The notes under the pieces: model-generated
What the model was told of the DNA's origin: nothing
Database searches by the model: none
What the model saw: the letters and a program-made list of their open reading frames with translations, nothing else
Source of the DNA: an uncultured Gammaproteobacteria bacterium
GTDB taxonomy: Bacteria > Patescibacteriota > Microgenomatia > UBA10105 > UBA927
Assembly: GCA_964356315.1 (NCBI GenBank)
Contig: CAYHHA010000006.1
Span: 1 to 63,646 of the forward strand
Reading direction: 5' to 3'
DNA length: 63,646 bases
Made by a program: the position numbers and the translations under genes
In this document: positions 33,711 to 43,010 of the stretch, piece by piece
Layout: every line of letters starts with the position of its first letter
Numbering within the stretch: position 1 is the first letter of the stretch

Positions 33711-35164
33711 AGTGTTTCGCGTTGCAACTCTGCTAAAACTCGCGCTGACTCTTTTCCTTTAAATAACACCGTATCTCCTTTTCCAACTTTGGACTGTATA
33801 TACAGTGCCGCCTTTTTTCCTGAAGCGAGGGTCACAGGAACTGAGGATTTCCCCTTTTTGACTCCACTGATAAAATCATCATAATAGTTCTCATTTGTTA
33901 ACAGTATCTCGTCACACACAATCCCTGCCATTTTTCCGACCCGCACATGACTTTCTTTCGCATATTTCCCCAACTCTATCATAGGTTGAAAAACAAAAAC
34001 TTTTTTGCCTGAACGGGTTTGCAAATAAGAAAGAGAAGCAAGCGCAGCGTCAGGATTATTATTAAATGTGTCATCGATACACTCGGCATCGATGATCGTT
34101 TTTACTCGTATCATGGTTTTTTCTAGCGGTTGAATTTTACCTATCCCTTTGGTAATTTCATCAAATGTCAGTCCCAACACCTCTGCCACAGCACATGCAG
34201 CGAGAATATTTGAAATCTGATACACCCCCAACAATGAAACAGATATATTCTTTGAATTTTTTCCAAAATGGATTTGAAAACTCACCATATTTTCATTTTG
34301 AATACAATCAGTAGCAAACCAAGACACGTCGTCGCGAATAACGGAATAATAGTAAACAGCACACCCATCTGCTATAGCGCGTTGACCCATATCATAGGTG
34401 TAGGAATTATCTGCATTAACGATAAGAATTTTTTTCCCAGAAAGCCCAGATACTAATTCATATTTTGCAGTAACTGTAGCTTCTATACTACCAAATAAGT
34501 CCTGATGTTGTGGATTTATAGCGGTAATTATTCCAATTTCAGGCTGTACGAGAGCACACATTTCGGCTATTTCTCGAGGTTTATATGCGCCCATTTCCAC
34601 GACAAAGGCGCTATGGTTGTCTTGAAGCTGAGACAGTACCACCTCAGCAATCCCTATTGGTGAATTTTTGCTTTTTTCGGTTTTCAAGGTTACATATTTT
34701 TGTGACAGAAGTGTTGCGAGAAATTCCTTCGTAGAGGTTTTACCATAACTTCCCGTTATCCCGATAACATTCATGTGGGAGTGATCTCTCAATTTTTTTC
34801 TGGCTTTTTGTATCTGCCAAAAATGATATAAAAAAGTAGGTATGCGCAGGAAAAAAACATACACCCCAATAATAAAAAATGAACTGAGATCAATCAGAAA
34901 AAATTTCGAAAACAGAGAGAATGGCAGTATTATATAGAGGACAAAAAGTGAACCAACAGAGCTACAAAAAAGCAACACGGTTTTAATCGTTATTGGAGGC
35001 CTTCGAAACGGGAGAATAAATAATCTTTTTCCCTGATTTGTTTTTAGATGAATGAGCATCCGGTCAAGACGATACTCTTTCACATACCAAAGCTGGACAT
35101 ACGAAAGTATGTTTGCCAAAATCCTGATTGTCCAAAGGACAAAAAAAATAGTAACGAAAATCAT
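33707..35164 (-). CDS. murF: MurF-like Mur ligase with a polytopic membrane N-terminal region
   Basis: GITGSYGKTSTKE P-loop, Mur ligase middle and C-terminal domains. The first 115 aa or so are three to four hydrophobic helices instead of the usual soluble N-domain. Confidence 0.8.
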   Translation of the reverse strand: MIFVTIFFVLWTIRILANILSYVQLWYVKEYRLDRMLIHLKTNQGKRLFILPFRRPPITIKTVLLFCSSVGSLFVLYIILPFSLFSKFFLIDLSSFFIIGVYVFFLRIPTFLYHFWQIQKARKKLRDHSHMNVIGITGSYGKTSTKEFLATLLSQKYVTLKTEKSKNSPIGIAEVVLSQLQDNHSAFVVEMGAYKPREIAEMCALVQPEIGIITAINPQHQDLFGSIEATVTAKYELVSGLSGKKILIVNADNSYTYDMGQRAIADGCAVYYYSVIRDDVSWFATDCIQNENMVSFQIHFGKNSKNISVSLLGVYQISNILAACAVAEVLGLTFDEITKGIGKIQPLEKTMIRVKTIIDAECIDDTFNNNPDAALASLSYLQTRSGKKVFVFQPMIELGKYAKESHVRVGKMAGIVCDEILLTNENYYDDFISGVKKGKSSVPVTLASGKKAALYIQSKVGKGDTVLFKGKESARVLAELQRETL

Positions 35165-35883
35165 ATCGTTTTTATGAACGCATCCACGGATTTTGCGAAT
35201 AGTTCGGGCTTTTTATACGACACTCCGTGATCCGCATCTTCCAAGACAGAGAGTGTTGAGTTCTGTATAACACTCTGCATCTTTTCAGCAATCCATACAG
35301 GCGTTATCTGGTCTAATTTCCCCCAGATCAAAGCAGTTGGTATGCGAACAGAAGCGATCGGTAAGGATAAATCTTCTTGGACTATATGTTTAAATATTTC
35401 TCGCATAATTATATTTGCTCGATAATAATCCCTCGCGCCGACAATATAATAATACCAAGAGCGAATTTTTTCTTGTAACAAAGAAATCGGCCAGATCGAA
35501 AAAAAGAATTTTCCGATTTTTGCAATAAAAATAAAGAAGACTAGTCTTTTTCTGGGAACTGGGGTGTACCCAGGAGTACCTGTAAATATTACTGCCTTTG
35601 CGCCAAGAGGTTTTGAGTAGAGATATTTTAAAGCCACTCTTCCCCCAAAAGAATGACCTATGAGAATCGGATTATCTATCGCATTTTTGACAATAAATTC
35701 ATGTAAAAAATCCGAGTAATCCGAGAGTTGATACGCGGAAGTTGGGGTAGCAGCTTTTCCAAATCCAGGCAAATCAGGATTGTATACTGTATATCCCAAC
35801 GCCGTTAGCACACTTCGTAGTGCATCAAATTTACCTCCTGATAATCCCCACCCGTGTAGGATAATAATTGGACTTTTTTTCAT
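35161..35883 (-). CDS. Alpha/beta-fold hydrolase
   Basis: ILHGWG, the nucleophile elbow GHSFGG and a C-terminal DH pair. Confidence 0.75.
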   Translation of the reverse strand: MKKSPIIILHGWGLSGGKFDALRSVLTALGYTVYNPDLPGFGKAATPTSAYQLSDYSDFLHEFIVKNAIDNPILIGHSFGGRVALKYLYSKPLGAKAVIFTGTPGYTPVPRKRLVFFIFIAKIGKFFFSIWPISLLQEKIRSWYYYIVGARDYYRANIIMREIFKHIVQEDLSLPIASVRIPTALIWGKLDQITPVWIAEKMQSVIQNSTLSVLEDADHGVSYKKPELFAKSVDAFIKTI

Positions 35884-35886
35884 ACA

Positions 35887-37194
35887 CTAAATAGCTTTTT
35901 TAAACACATCACGATTTGAGGCTTCTACGGAAACTCTATTTCTTGTCACCGTATAGGAGCTTTTTACGATGCAAAAACTCTGCTCTGGTAAATCTTTATC
36001 TAGCACCACCCCACTTCCCACAAATGATCCGCTTCCAATTTTCACACCAGGCATGATACTCGTGTGGACGCCAATTCGAGTATCTTTTCCGATTAGTGCT
36101 CCTAGTTTGTTTTTTGAAGTGGACAGAGGTTCATTTTTTATTGTGGAAAATATTGGCCCATCATCTAGACGTAAATTTGCACACGATGCACCTCCACCCA
36201 TACTTACATTACTTTCTAGCACACTGTCTCCTATATAGTTATTATGAAACCAACAATTGTCCCCAATATAACTTCTTGATATATCACTGTTAAATCCCGT
36301 TACGCAATTGGCACCAATATGGCTCTGACGAATAATATTATTATTTCCCACAATAGTTCCTCGACCGATATACGTTGGTCCAATGATTTTGGAATTTTCA
36401 AATATTTTTACATCATCTTCGATATATACTTCCCCTTCGATGATTACATTTGACTTAATAAGCACATTTTTTCCCCGATGATGCGTGATGGCTTTTAACA
36501 GAACGTCGTTAACATCCAACACATGCCATGGATATTTCAGAGATGCGAAACTTCCCGTGTGAATATGCAGAGCAAAATCATGTCGTTTCATAAGGACAGA
36601 GAGTGCTTTTTCATAGACATCATCTGTATCGCTTTTTGTCTGGCGCAATTCGTCCAGTAATTCATTCGCATCAGAGATATAGTGACCGAGCATCGCGATC
36701 AATGTACTTGGCTCATTCCCTGGCGTTGGTTTTTCTATAATCTCCTTTATGCGATCTCCTTCGATAACCAAATACCCCCCAGGGAAATACATAGATGATT
36801 CAAACGCAGGGATAACTCCAAACGCACGGGAAGACTCCGCTTTTGAAACGACCTGTGAAAGCAAATCAGTATCCGTCACATCATCGCCGTTTATTATAAG
36901 CAGTGATGCATTTTCGAGCTCCATTGAGGCGGTCAACAACGCATCAGCGATACCGAGAGCAGATCTCTGCATCACCGTTACTGAAGGCACGGAAAATTTT
37001 ATCGAAGAAAGATGCGCGTTATTTTGAGGATTTGTGACAACGACCACCTTCGTAACATTTTTTGGTAATGCCTTATTGACTGCATGCTCAAAAAAAGGCT
37101 TTCCAAACCAAGGAAAAAGTATTTTATCTGTAGCAAACGGCCAAAACCTGTTTCCTACGCCACCTGCCAACACTACTGCAACAAGATTTTTCAT
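35887..37194 (-). CDS. Sugar-phosphate nucleotidyltransferase with C-terminal left-handed beta-helix (GlmU-like architecture)
   Basis: N-terminal LAGGVGNRFWP; hexapeptide repeats in the last 170 aa or so. Confidence 0.75.
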   Translation of the reverse strand: MKNLVAVVLAGGVGNRFWPFATDKILFPWFGKPFFEHAVNKALPKNVTKVVVVTNPQNNAHLSSIKFSVPSVTVMQRSALGIADALLTASMELENASLLIINGDDVTDTDLLSQVVSKAESSRAFGVIPAFESSMYFPGGYLVIEGDRIKEIIEKPTPGNEPSTLIAMLGHYISDANELLDELRQTKSDTDDVYEKALSVLMKRHDFALHIHTGSFASLKYPWHVLDVNDVLLKAITHHRGKNVLIKSNVIIEGEVYIEDDVKIFENSKIIGPTYIGRGTIVGNNNIIRQSHIGANCVTGFNSDISRSYIGDNCWFHNNYIGDSVLESNVSMGGGASCANLRLDDGPIFSTIKNEPLSTSKNKLGALIGKDTRIGVHTSIMPGVKIGSGSFVGSGVVLDKDLPEQSFCIVKSSYTVTRNRVSVEASNRDVFKKAI

Positions 37195-38528
37195 ACAACA
37201 TCCTCCTTTATGCGTTTTATCGATGCGCCAAGTGATTGTAATCGTTTTTCGAATTCTTCGTATCCTCGGTCAACCTGCTCTATACCGTAAATAACACTTT
37301 CCCCTGGAGCAATCAGAGATGCGAGCACAACAGTCGCACCCGCTCTCAAATCATCTATGTTAAGTACCGCATCGTGCAGTGGTGTTGCGCCTGTTATCCG
37401 AACTGCTTGATGGTACCCTTCTATGCGATCACTCCAATTAAAATTATAGTAATCTTCTGGATTTTTTACCTGTGGACTGTAAAACTCCATCATTGCACCC
37501 ATTTTCTTCAACTCCTGCACATAGGAAAACCTGCTTTCAAAAACCGTCTCATGGATAGTAGACACACCGCTAGCCTGCGTCATAAGCACTGCCCATGGAG
37601 CTTGCCAATCAGTCATAAATCCTGGGTGGATAGCAGTCTCAACATCTGTAGGAAGGATCACACCATCAGCGAAGTATCGTGTCGTTGTGTCATCTATAAT
37701 TTCATAAAATAGCCCTGCCTCTGTGTATTTTTCTAAAAATGATCCGAGCATGTCGCGCTGAGAATGCTTCACAATGATGTTTCCGTTTGTAACTGCCGCA
37801 GCGATTGCAAAGGTTACCTCTTCATTGCGATCTGGCATCACAGAAAATTCAACTCCATGGAGTGAAGCAACCCCATGAATAGTGATTTCTCGCTTTGCAG
37901 TGCGACTGATATCTGCACCCATTTTGACCAATAGGTCTATCAACCCATCTATTTCTACTTCTTCAGCCGCATTAGTCAGCACTGTGGTTCCATGAGCCAG
38001 AACAGCAGCTAAAAGGAGCGTCTCTGTTCCGGTATGCGTATTTTTTGTAAACTCAATGCTCGCACCTGAGAGTTTTTTTGCCTCAGCATAAAAAAATCCA
38101 TCATCTGAACGGTAATCAATCACGGCTCCCATTTGCTTTAGTCCTTCAATATGTCGATCTATCGGTCTTGCTCCCAATCGACATCCACCTGGGTTTGGTA
38201 TTTTTGCTTTGCCGTACCGAGCGAGAAGGGGCCCCACCACCATAGAGGACGTTCGCAGTCTCGCGCCCACTTCCAATGGAACAGAAAATGATTGTACACC
38301 ACTATTTTTTAGTCGTACGGTATTTCCTTCAAATACGTGAGTTACCCCTAGGTGACCCAATACTTCCAACATAAAAAGTACATCTCGAAGTCTTGGGACG
38401 TTATGAATGACCAATTCATCATCGGTGAGAAGTGACGCGACAAGGACCTTCAATGCGACATTTTTTGCACCGCTTATAACAACTTCTCCGTGTAATGCAT
38501 TCCCCCCTGTTACGATAAATTTTTCCAT
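37191..38528 (-). CDS. murA: UDP-GlcNAc enolpyruvyl transferase MurA
   Basis: ISGAKNVALK, GGCRLGARPID (active-site Cys) and the overall EPSP-like fold pattern. Confidence 0.93.
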   Translation of the reverse strand: MEKFIVTGGNALHGEVVISGAKNVALKVLVASLLTDDELVIHNVPRLRDVLFMLEVLGHLGVTHVFEGNTVRLKNSGVQSFSVPLEVGARLRTSSMVVGPLLARYGKAKIPNPGGCRLGARPIDRHIEGLKQMGAVIDYRSDDGFFYAEAKKLSGASIEFTKNTHTGTETLLLAAVLAHGTTVLTNAAEEVEIDGLIDLLVKMGADISRTAKREITIHGVASLHGVEFSVMPDRNEEVTFAIAAAVTNGNIIVKHSQRDMLGSFLEKYTEAGLFYEIIDDTTTRYFADGVILPTDVETAIHPGFMTDWQAPWAVLMTQASGVSTIHETVFESRFSYVQELKKMGAMMEFYSPQVKNPEDYYNFNWSDRIEGYHQAVRITGATPLHDAVLNIDDLRAGATVVLASLIAPGESVIYGIEQVDRGYEEFEKRLQSLGASIKRIKEDVV

Positions 38529-38530
38529 AA

Positions 38531-39514
38531 TTAAAATTCTCCTAAATGGATTATTTCTTCTTCAAGTTCAATACCGTATCGTTGTTTAACTTGATCCTTC
38601 GCTCTTTCAATTAATTGTAGCACATCAGATGCGGTTGCCTTGCCGGTGTTTATAATAAAATTTGCATGAACATCAGAAATATGAGCTCCACCCAATGAGG
38701 TTCCTTTTAGTCCTACAGAATCGACGAGAAACCCTGCAGATGTTGTCTTCTCAGGGGTATTGTGTAGATTTGCCTGCTCAATCGAAATATTTTTAAAAAT
38801 ACACCCTGCGCACTTAACACCCTGAGGTTGTGTATTTCTTCTATGTTCGATACTCTGATTTGCTGTATCCCAAAGGGTTTTTTTATCCAAAATAGGCATT
38901 TCAAATGTGACGGAAAGTACAATATCGGATGTCTTTTGCAAAGCGCTATAGTCATAAGAAAAATTAAAATACGATTTTTGAACTTCTGTAACTGAATTAT
39001 CCTCGGTTAACAATTTTGCAGAGTGGACTACATCACCTACATACCCAATCGGCTTTGTCCATTTGGAGTTCATATAGACAGCCCCGCCCACAGTGCCAGG
39101 TAATCCCAGATGCATTTCCAGACCAGAAAATCCTTCTTCGACGGCGTAACGTACTAAACTATTGAGAAGCACCCCAGAATCAGCTTCAAGAAAACCAATT
39201 TTCGCAGAAACTCCAGATTTTGTCGAACCTTTAATCCCTTTAATTCCTATACGTCTCGTGTTATTTTTTATGACCAGCCCTCGTATCCCTTTATCTGCGA
39301 TAAGCAGATTTGTTCCTCCACCGAGAAGGGTATACGGAATTTTCAGCTCTCTTGCTTTTGCTACCGCGCTAATCAGTTCATCTGTAGTCTTTGCCTCAAA
39401 AAATAAATCCGCTGGCCCACCTATTTTAAACGTTGTATAGGGAGAAAGAGGAGTATCAAATTGCACTCTTCCCTCAAAAAATGTCGCAAATGATGTGTAC
39501 GTATTTGTTATCAT
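38531..39514 (-). CDS. murB: UDP-N-acetylenolpyruvoylglucosamine reductase MurB
   Basis: FKIGGPADLF, LGGGTNLL, the FAD-binding pattern and C-terminal SAGFL...GGA.IS..H.N. Confidence 0.92.
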   Translation of the reverse strand: MITNTYTSFATFFEGRVQFDTPLSPYTTFKIGGPADLFFEAKTTDELISAVAKARELKIPYTLLGGGTNLLIADKGIRGLVIKNNTRRIGIKGIKGSTKSGVSAKIGFLEADSGVLLNSLVRYAVEEGFSGLEMHLGLPGTVGGAVYMNSKWTKPIGYVGDVVHSAKLLTEDNSVTEVQKSYFNFSYDYSALQKTSDIVLSVTFEMPILDKKTLWDTANQSIEHRRNTQPQGVKCAGCIFKNISIEQANLHNTPEKTTSAGFLVDSVGLKGTSLGGAHISDVHANFIINTGKATASDVLQLIERAKDQVKQRYGIELEEEIIHLGEF

Positions 39515-39537
39515 AGAATTTCGTTAGCGTTGATCAA

Positions 39538-40956
39538 CTAAAGCGCCTGAATAATGTCACCCTCCCAAGAAAAGATATCCCCAGCACCCATAAATATTAC
39601 AACGTCGCCCTCATGGATACAGGATTGCAATTGGAGGGTAACATCTTCTTTTTTAGGCACAAAGAATACGTGTTTATGGAACTTTTTTGTCTTTTCGAAC
39701 AATGTATTCCCCGATATTCCATAGGTATCTTTTTCTCTCGCAGAGGCATAAATATCTGATAAGAGCACGACATCAGCATCGATAAAAGATTCCGAAAACT
39801 CATCGATAAACGATTTTGTACGGGAATACGTATGAGGCTGAAAAATCGCAATCACACGCCGTTTTGGAAACCACGATCGAGCTGCTTGAAGCGTAGCTCG
39901 AATTTCTTTTGGATGATGTGCATAATCATCATAATATCGCACGTGGTTTTTTTCGCATAAAAACTCAAAACGTCTTTTTGCTCCACCAAAAGTGCTCAGG
40001 GCGAAACGGATTTTTTCCCATGGAACACCAATCTGAAGTGCAAGAACAGCTGCGGCGGTAGCATTGAGTATATTATGAGCCCCTGGTATTTGAAGCTCGA
40101 TGACCCCAATTTCTGTATCGTTATATATGATTGAAAAAGAGGTTTTTCCATCACCATATGTTATGGAATCTATGCGATAGGTCGCATCATTCGATACTCC
40201 ATAGGCCACTCCATTAACAGCACCAGCAATCAGAATGGAGCTCTCAGGATCGTCTGCATTTATTATGCTTACCTTTTTTCCAACCATCTGCTTCTGCAAA
40301 GACACAAATGCGTCTTTCACGCTCGATAAATCCTTATACGCATCAGGATGATCAAAATCTATATTGGTTACGACGAGAAATTCAGGACTTTGCCATAAAA
40401 ATCTGGGTGTTTTATCATGGATAGGATCCGTGATATATTCATCTGCTTCTGCTACAAAAAACTCACCAGCGCCAAAGTGACCAGGAAATCCAAGCCCACG
40501 AATTTGCCCACATCCAATCGCATACGATGGATCCATATTTGCTACCATAAGAATTGACGCAATCATGGCAGATGTTGTGGTTTTTCCATGACTTCCAGCT
40601 ACAGATACCTGTCTCTTTGTGCTCATAGCAAACCCCAGAGCTTCACCGTGAGCTAGAATTGGAATACCAAGCTGTATCGCCCTCTCTACCTCCACATTAC
40701 TTTTTCCTTGATGTGCCCCTGTGTATACAACCAGATCTGGTTGTAAAGATTCAGAAATATGCGTCGCATCAAACCCTGAAAGAATATCTATATGTTTCTG
40801 AAGAAGCATATCATCACTGGGGAAATGCTCGTCCACATCTGATCCGGTTACTGTTATTCCTCTCTCTTTTGCCCAGAGCGCAAACGCTGCCATGGCTATT
40901 CCTTTTATACCGACAAAATGTATCCTCTTGATTGTGGAAAAATCTATTGTGTTCAT
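39538..40956 (-). CDS. murC: UDP-MurNAc:L-Ala ligase MurC
   Basis: HFVGIKGIAMAA, VAGSHGKTTTSAM and DDYAHHP. Confidence 0.92.
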   Translation of the reverse strand: MNTIDFSTIKRIHFVGIKGIAMAAFALWAKERGITVTGSDVDEHFPSDDMLLQKHIDILSGFDATHISESLQPDLVVYTGAHQGKSNVEVERAIQLGIPILAHGEALGFAMSTKRQVSVAGSHGKTTTSAMIASILMVANMDPSYAIGCGQIRGLGFPGHFGAGEFFVAEADEYITDPIHDKTPRFLWQSPEFLVVTNIDFDHPDAYKDLSSVKDAFVSLQKQMVGKKVSIINADDPESSILIAGAVNGVAYGVSNDATYRIDSITYGDGKTSFSIIYNDTEIGVIELQIPGAHNILNATAAAVLALQIGVPWEKIRFALSTFGGAKRRFEFLCEKNHVRYYDDYAHHPKEIRATLQAARSWFPKRRVIAIFQPHTYSRTKSFIDEFSESFIDADVVLLSDIYASAREKDTYGISGNTLFEKTKKFHKHVFFVPKKEDVTLQLQSCIHEGDVVIFMGAGDIFSWEGDIIQAL

Positions 40957-41687
40957 ATGGTAAACCCGATTACAGCCATCATTTCTCCAAAATTATTCGT
41001 AGCATCCCTGCGATAAGAAAAGAACAAATCATCTTGTGATGATGTACAAAATACTCCAGCATCTATCTGACTTGGCAGTAACCCCTCACGCTCTAACTGT
41101 ATCATATTTATCTTTCCGATATCCAAATGCCATTGCTCATCGAGAGAATACGCGACATGCGACAACTCAGAGGCTGACAATGCAAATAGGTCTATCCGAG
41201 ATCTTGGAACAACATAACAACATGCGCCAATATGGGGTCCTATTGCGACTCGGATATCTTCCATGGCTACCCCACTCTCATGTATAACTCGCACCATCTC
41301 TCCCACGATATTCGTTTGCGTCCCTTTCCATCCAGCGTGCACAGCACCTATGCATGTTCCTTGCCTGTTAGCAAATAACAATGGCACACAATCAGCGGAT
41401 AATACGCCAATCGCTCGAACGACTGATCGAGGATCATTCAAAAAAATTCCATCGGCTTTAATACCCATATCCGCATCTGTAGGATTTATGATAATTCGAT
41501 TCCCATGGACTTGCTTGACCGTGTAAACATCTGGGCGACCAAGTATCATTTGAGCGAATTTCCCCTGGTTGGATTGTTGACGCATATCTCCATTTGCCAC
41601 CATCGAAAACCCATGAGAAATACCCTGAACACAAGATAGCTCTGACGAATAGAGATGAGGAGCTGATGTATGACGGATAATTGGCAT
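40953..41687 (-). CDS. pgeF: YfiH/PgeF (LACC1/DUF152) family protein
   Basis: KQVHG, SADCVP, AVHAGWKG and CTSS...FFSYRRD. Start set at ATG 41687. Confidence 0.8.
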   Translation of the reverse strand: MPIIRHTSAPHLYSSELSCVQGISHGFSMVANGDMRQQSNQGKFAQMILGRPDVYTVKQVHGNRIIINPTDADMGIKADGIFLNDPRSVVRAIGVLSADCVPLLFANRQGTCIGAVHAGWKGTQTNIVGEMVRVIHESGVAMEDIRVAIGPHIGACCYVVPRSRIDLFALSASELSHVAYSLDEQWHLDIGKINMIQLEREGLLPSQIDAGVFCTSSQDDLFFSYRRDATNNFGEMMAVIGFTI

Positions 41688-41776
41688 ATCTATAGTTCGA
41701 AAATAGGCAGTGCTTACAGTATATATCACCTCTGGCAATACGAGACACGTTTCACCCAGCACAGGACAGAAGACAA

Positions 41777-42961
41777 TTATTTTGTTCGACCGAATTTTGA
41801 GAAAGCTTTTTTTACTTCTTTTTGATCACTCCAGGGATATTCCACTGTACCCCTACATAGACTTTTTTCGTGTCCTTTACCAGTGATTATCACAACGTCA
41901 CCTTTTTTTGATAGTTGTGCTGCATATTGGATCGCTTTGGCTCGAATTAGGAATCGAAAAACCTTCGCTCCTGGAACTATTCCTGATTCGATTTCATTCA
42001 TAATCTTTTCTACATCTTCAGTGCGATAGTCTTCCTCGGTAAGAATAATAATATCAGCATATCGAGATGATGCTTCTCCCATGAGAGGGCGTTTAGAAAC
42101 ATCTCTGAGCCCTGCGCTCCCGAATACATGGATTAACTTTTTTTTACCTAACCCTCGGGCCGTTTTTAATGCACGATCAATAGCATTTGGCGTATGGGCA
42201 AAATCGACTATAACCTTCACGGGAGTCGCAAAGACTGTTTCCATTCTTCCAGGTATACCAGTAAACTTTTTAATTGCGCTTTTCGTAACTGCCCATGGGA
42301 TAGCGAAAATTTCTGCAACAGAAATAGCAGCCAAACAATTATACCGGTTAAATTCCCCAGGCAATTGGGTCACAAAAGGATGCGTTTGCGGAGTGATTTG
42401 AGCGTCTCTTCGAATGCCGTATGACACAACACGCTTACTTCTTAAAAGTGGCATAGCATCAGAAAATACATCCGATTCATCGCGATTCACAACGGCGATT
42501 TTTGCTCTGGTTAACAGGGATAATTTTGTCTCTTTATAGTGCTCAAATGTTTTATGCCAATCAAGATGCTCATGGGTAATATTTGTTATAACTCCAACTT
42601 CAAATGGAACACCCAATACGCGGTGTTGTGCAAGTCCATGAGAGGTGACTTCCAAGACGATATGCGTATCACCATGGTCTACTGCTTGCCGAAGATATTT
42701 TTGGACAAAAAACGCATCAGGTGTTGTCACATGAAACCCTGTGTCATAGGTTTTTCCACCTATGACCGCATGCACTGAAGAGATCATAGAAACTTTCATA
42801 CCAGACGCATGAAGTATTTCGTATATCAACGTCGTGGTTGTTGTCTTTCCATCTGTTCCTGTAACTCCAATTACGATAAGTTTTTTCCCAGGAAACCCAT
42901 ACCAAATATTTGCAATCCAAGCCAAGACAAAATGATAGATTGATTTGAGGCTACGAATCAT
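41777..42961 (-). CDS. murE: Short MurE-like Mur ligase (lacks the usual N-terminal domain)
   Basis: GVTGTDGKTTTT lies only about 33 residues from the N-terminus. The Mur ligase middle and C-terminal domains are present. EDYR sits where mDAP-type MurE has DNPR. Position between ftsI and murC. Confidence 0.7.
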   Translation of the reverse strand: MIRSLKSIYHFVLAWIANIWYGFPGKKLIVIGVTGTDGKTTTTTLIYEILHASGMKVSMISSVHAVIGGKTYDTGFHVTTPDAFFVQKYLRQAVDHGDTHIVLEVTSHGLAQHRVLGVPFEVGVITNITHEHLDWHKTFEHYKETKLSLLTRAKIAVVNRDESDVFSDAMPLLRSKRVVSYGIRRDAQITPQTHPFVTQLPGEFNRYNCLAAISVAEIFAIPWAVTKSAIKKFTGIPGRMETVFATPVKVIVDFAHTPNAIDRALKTARGLGKKKLIHVFGSAGLRDVSKRPLMGEASSRYADIIILTEEDYRTEDVEKIMNEIESGIVPGAKVFRFLIRAKAIQYAAQLSKKGDVVIITGKGHEKSLCRGTVEYPWSDQKEVKKAFSKFGRTK

Positions 42962-43010
42962 AAGAGATATTATATCATGATCACATTTGAACCTAAGAAT
43001 TGGCTGTAAA

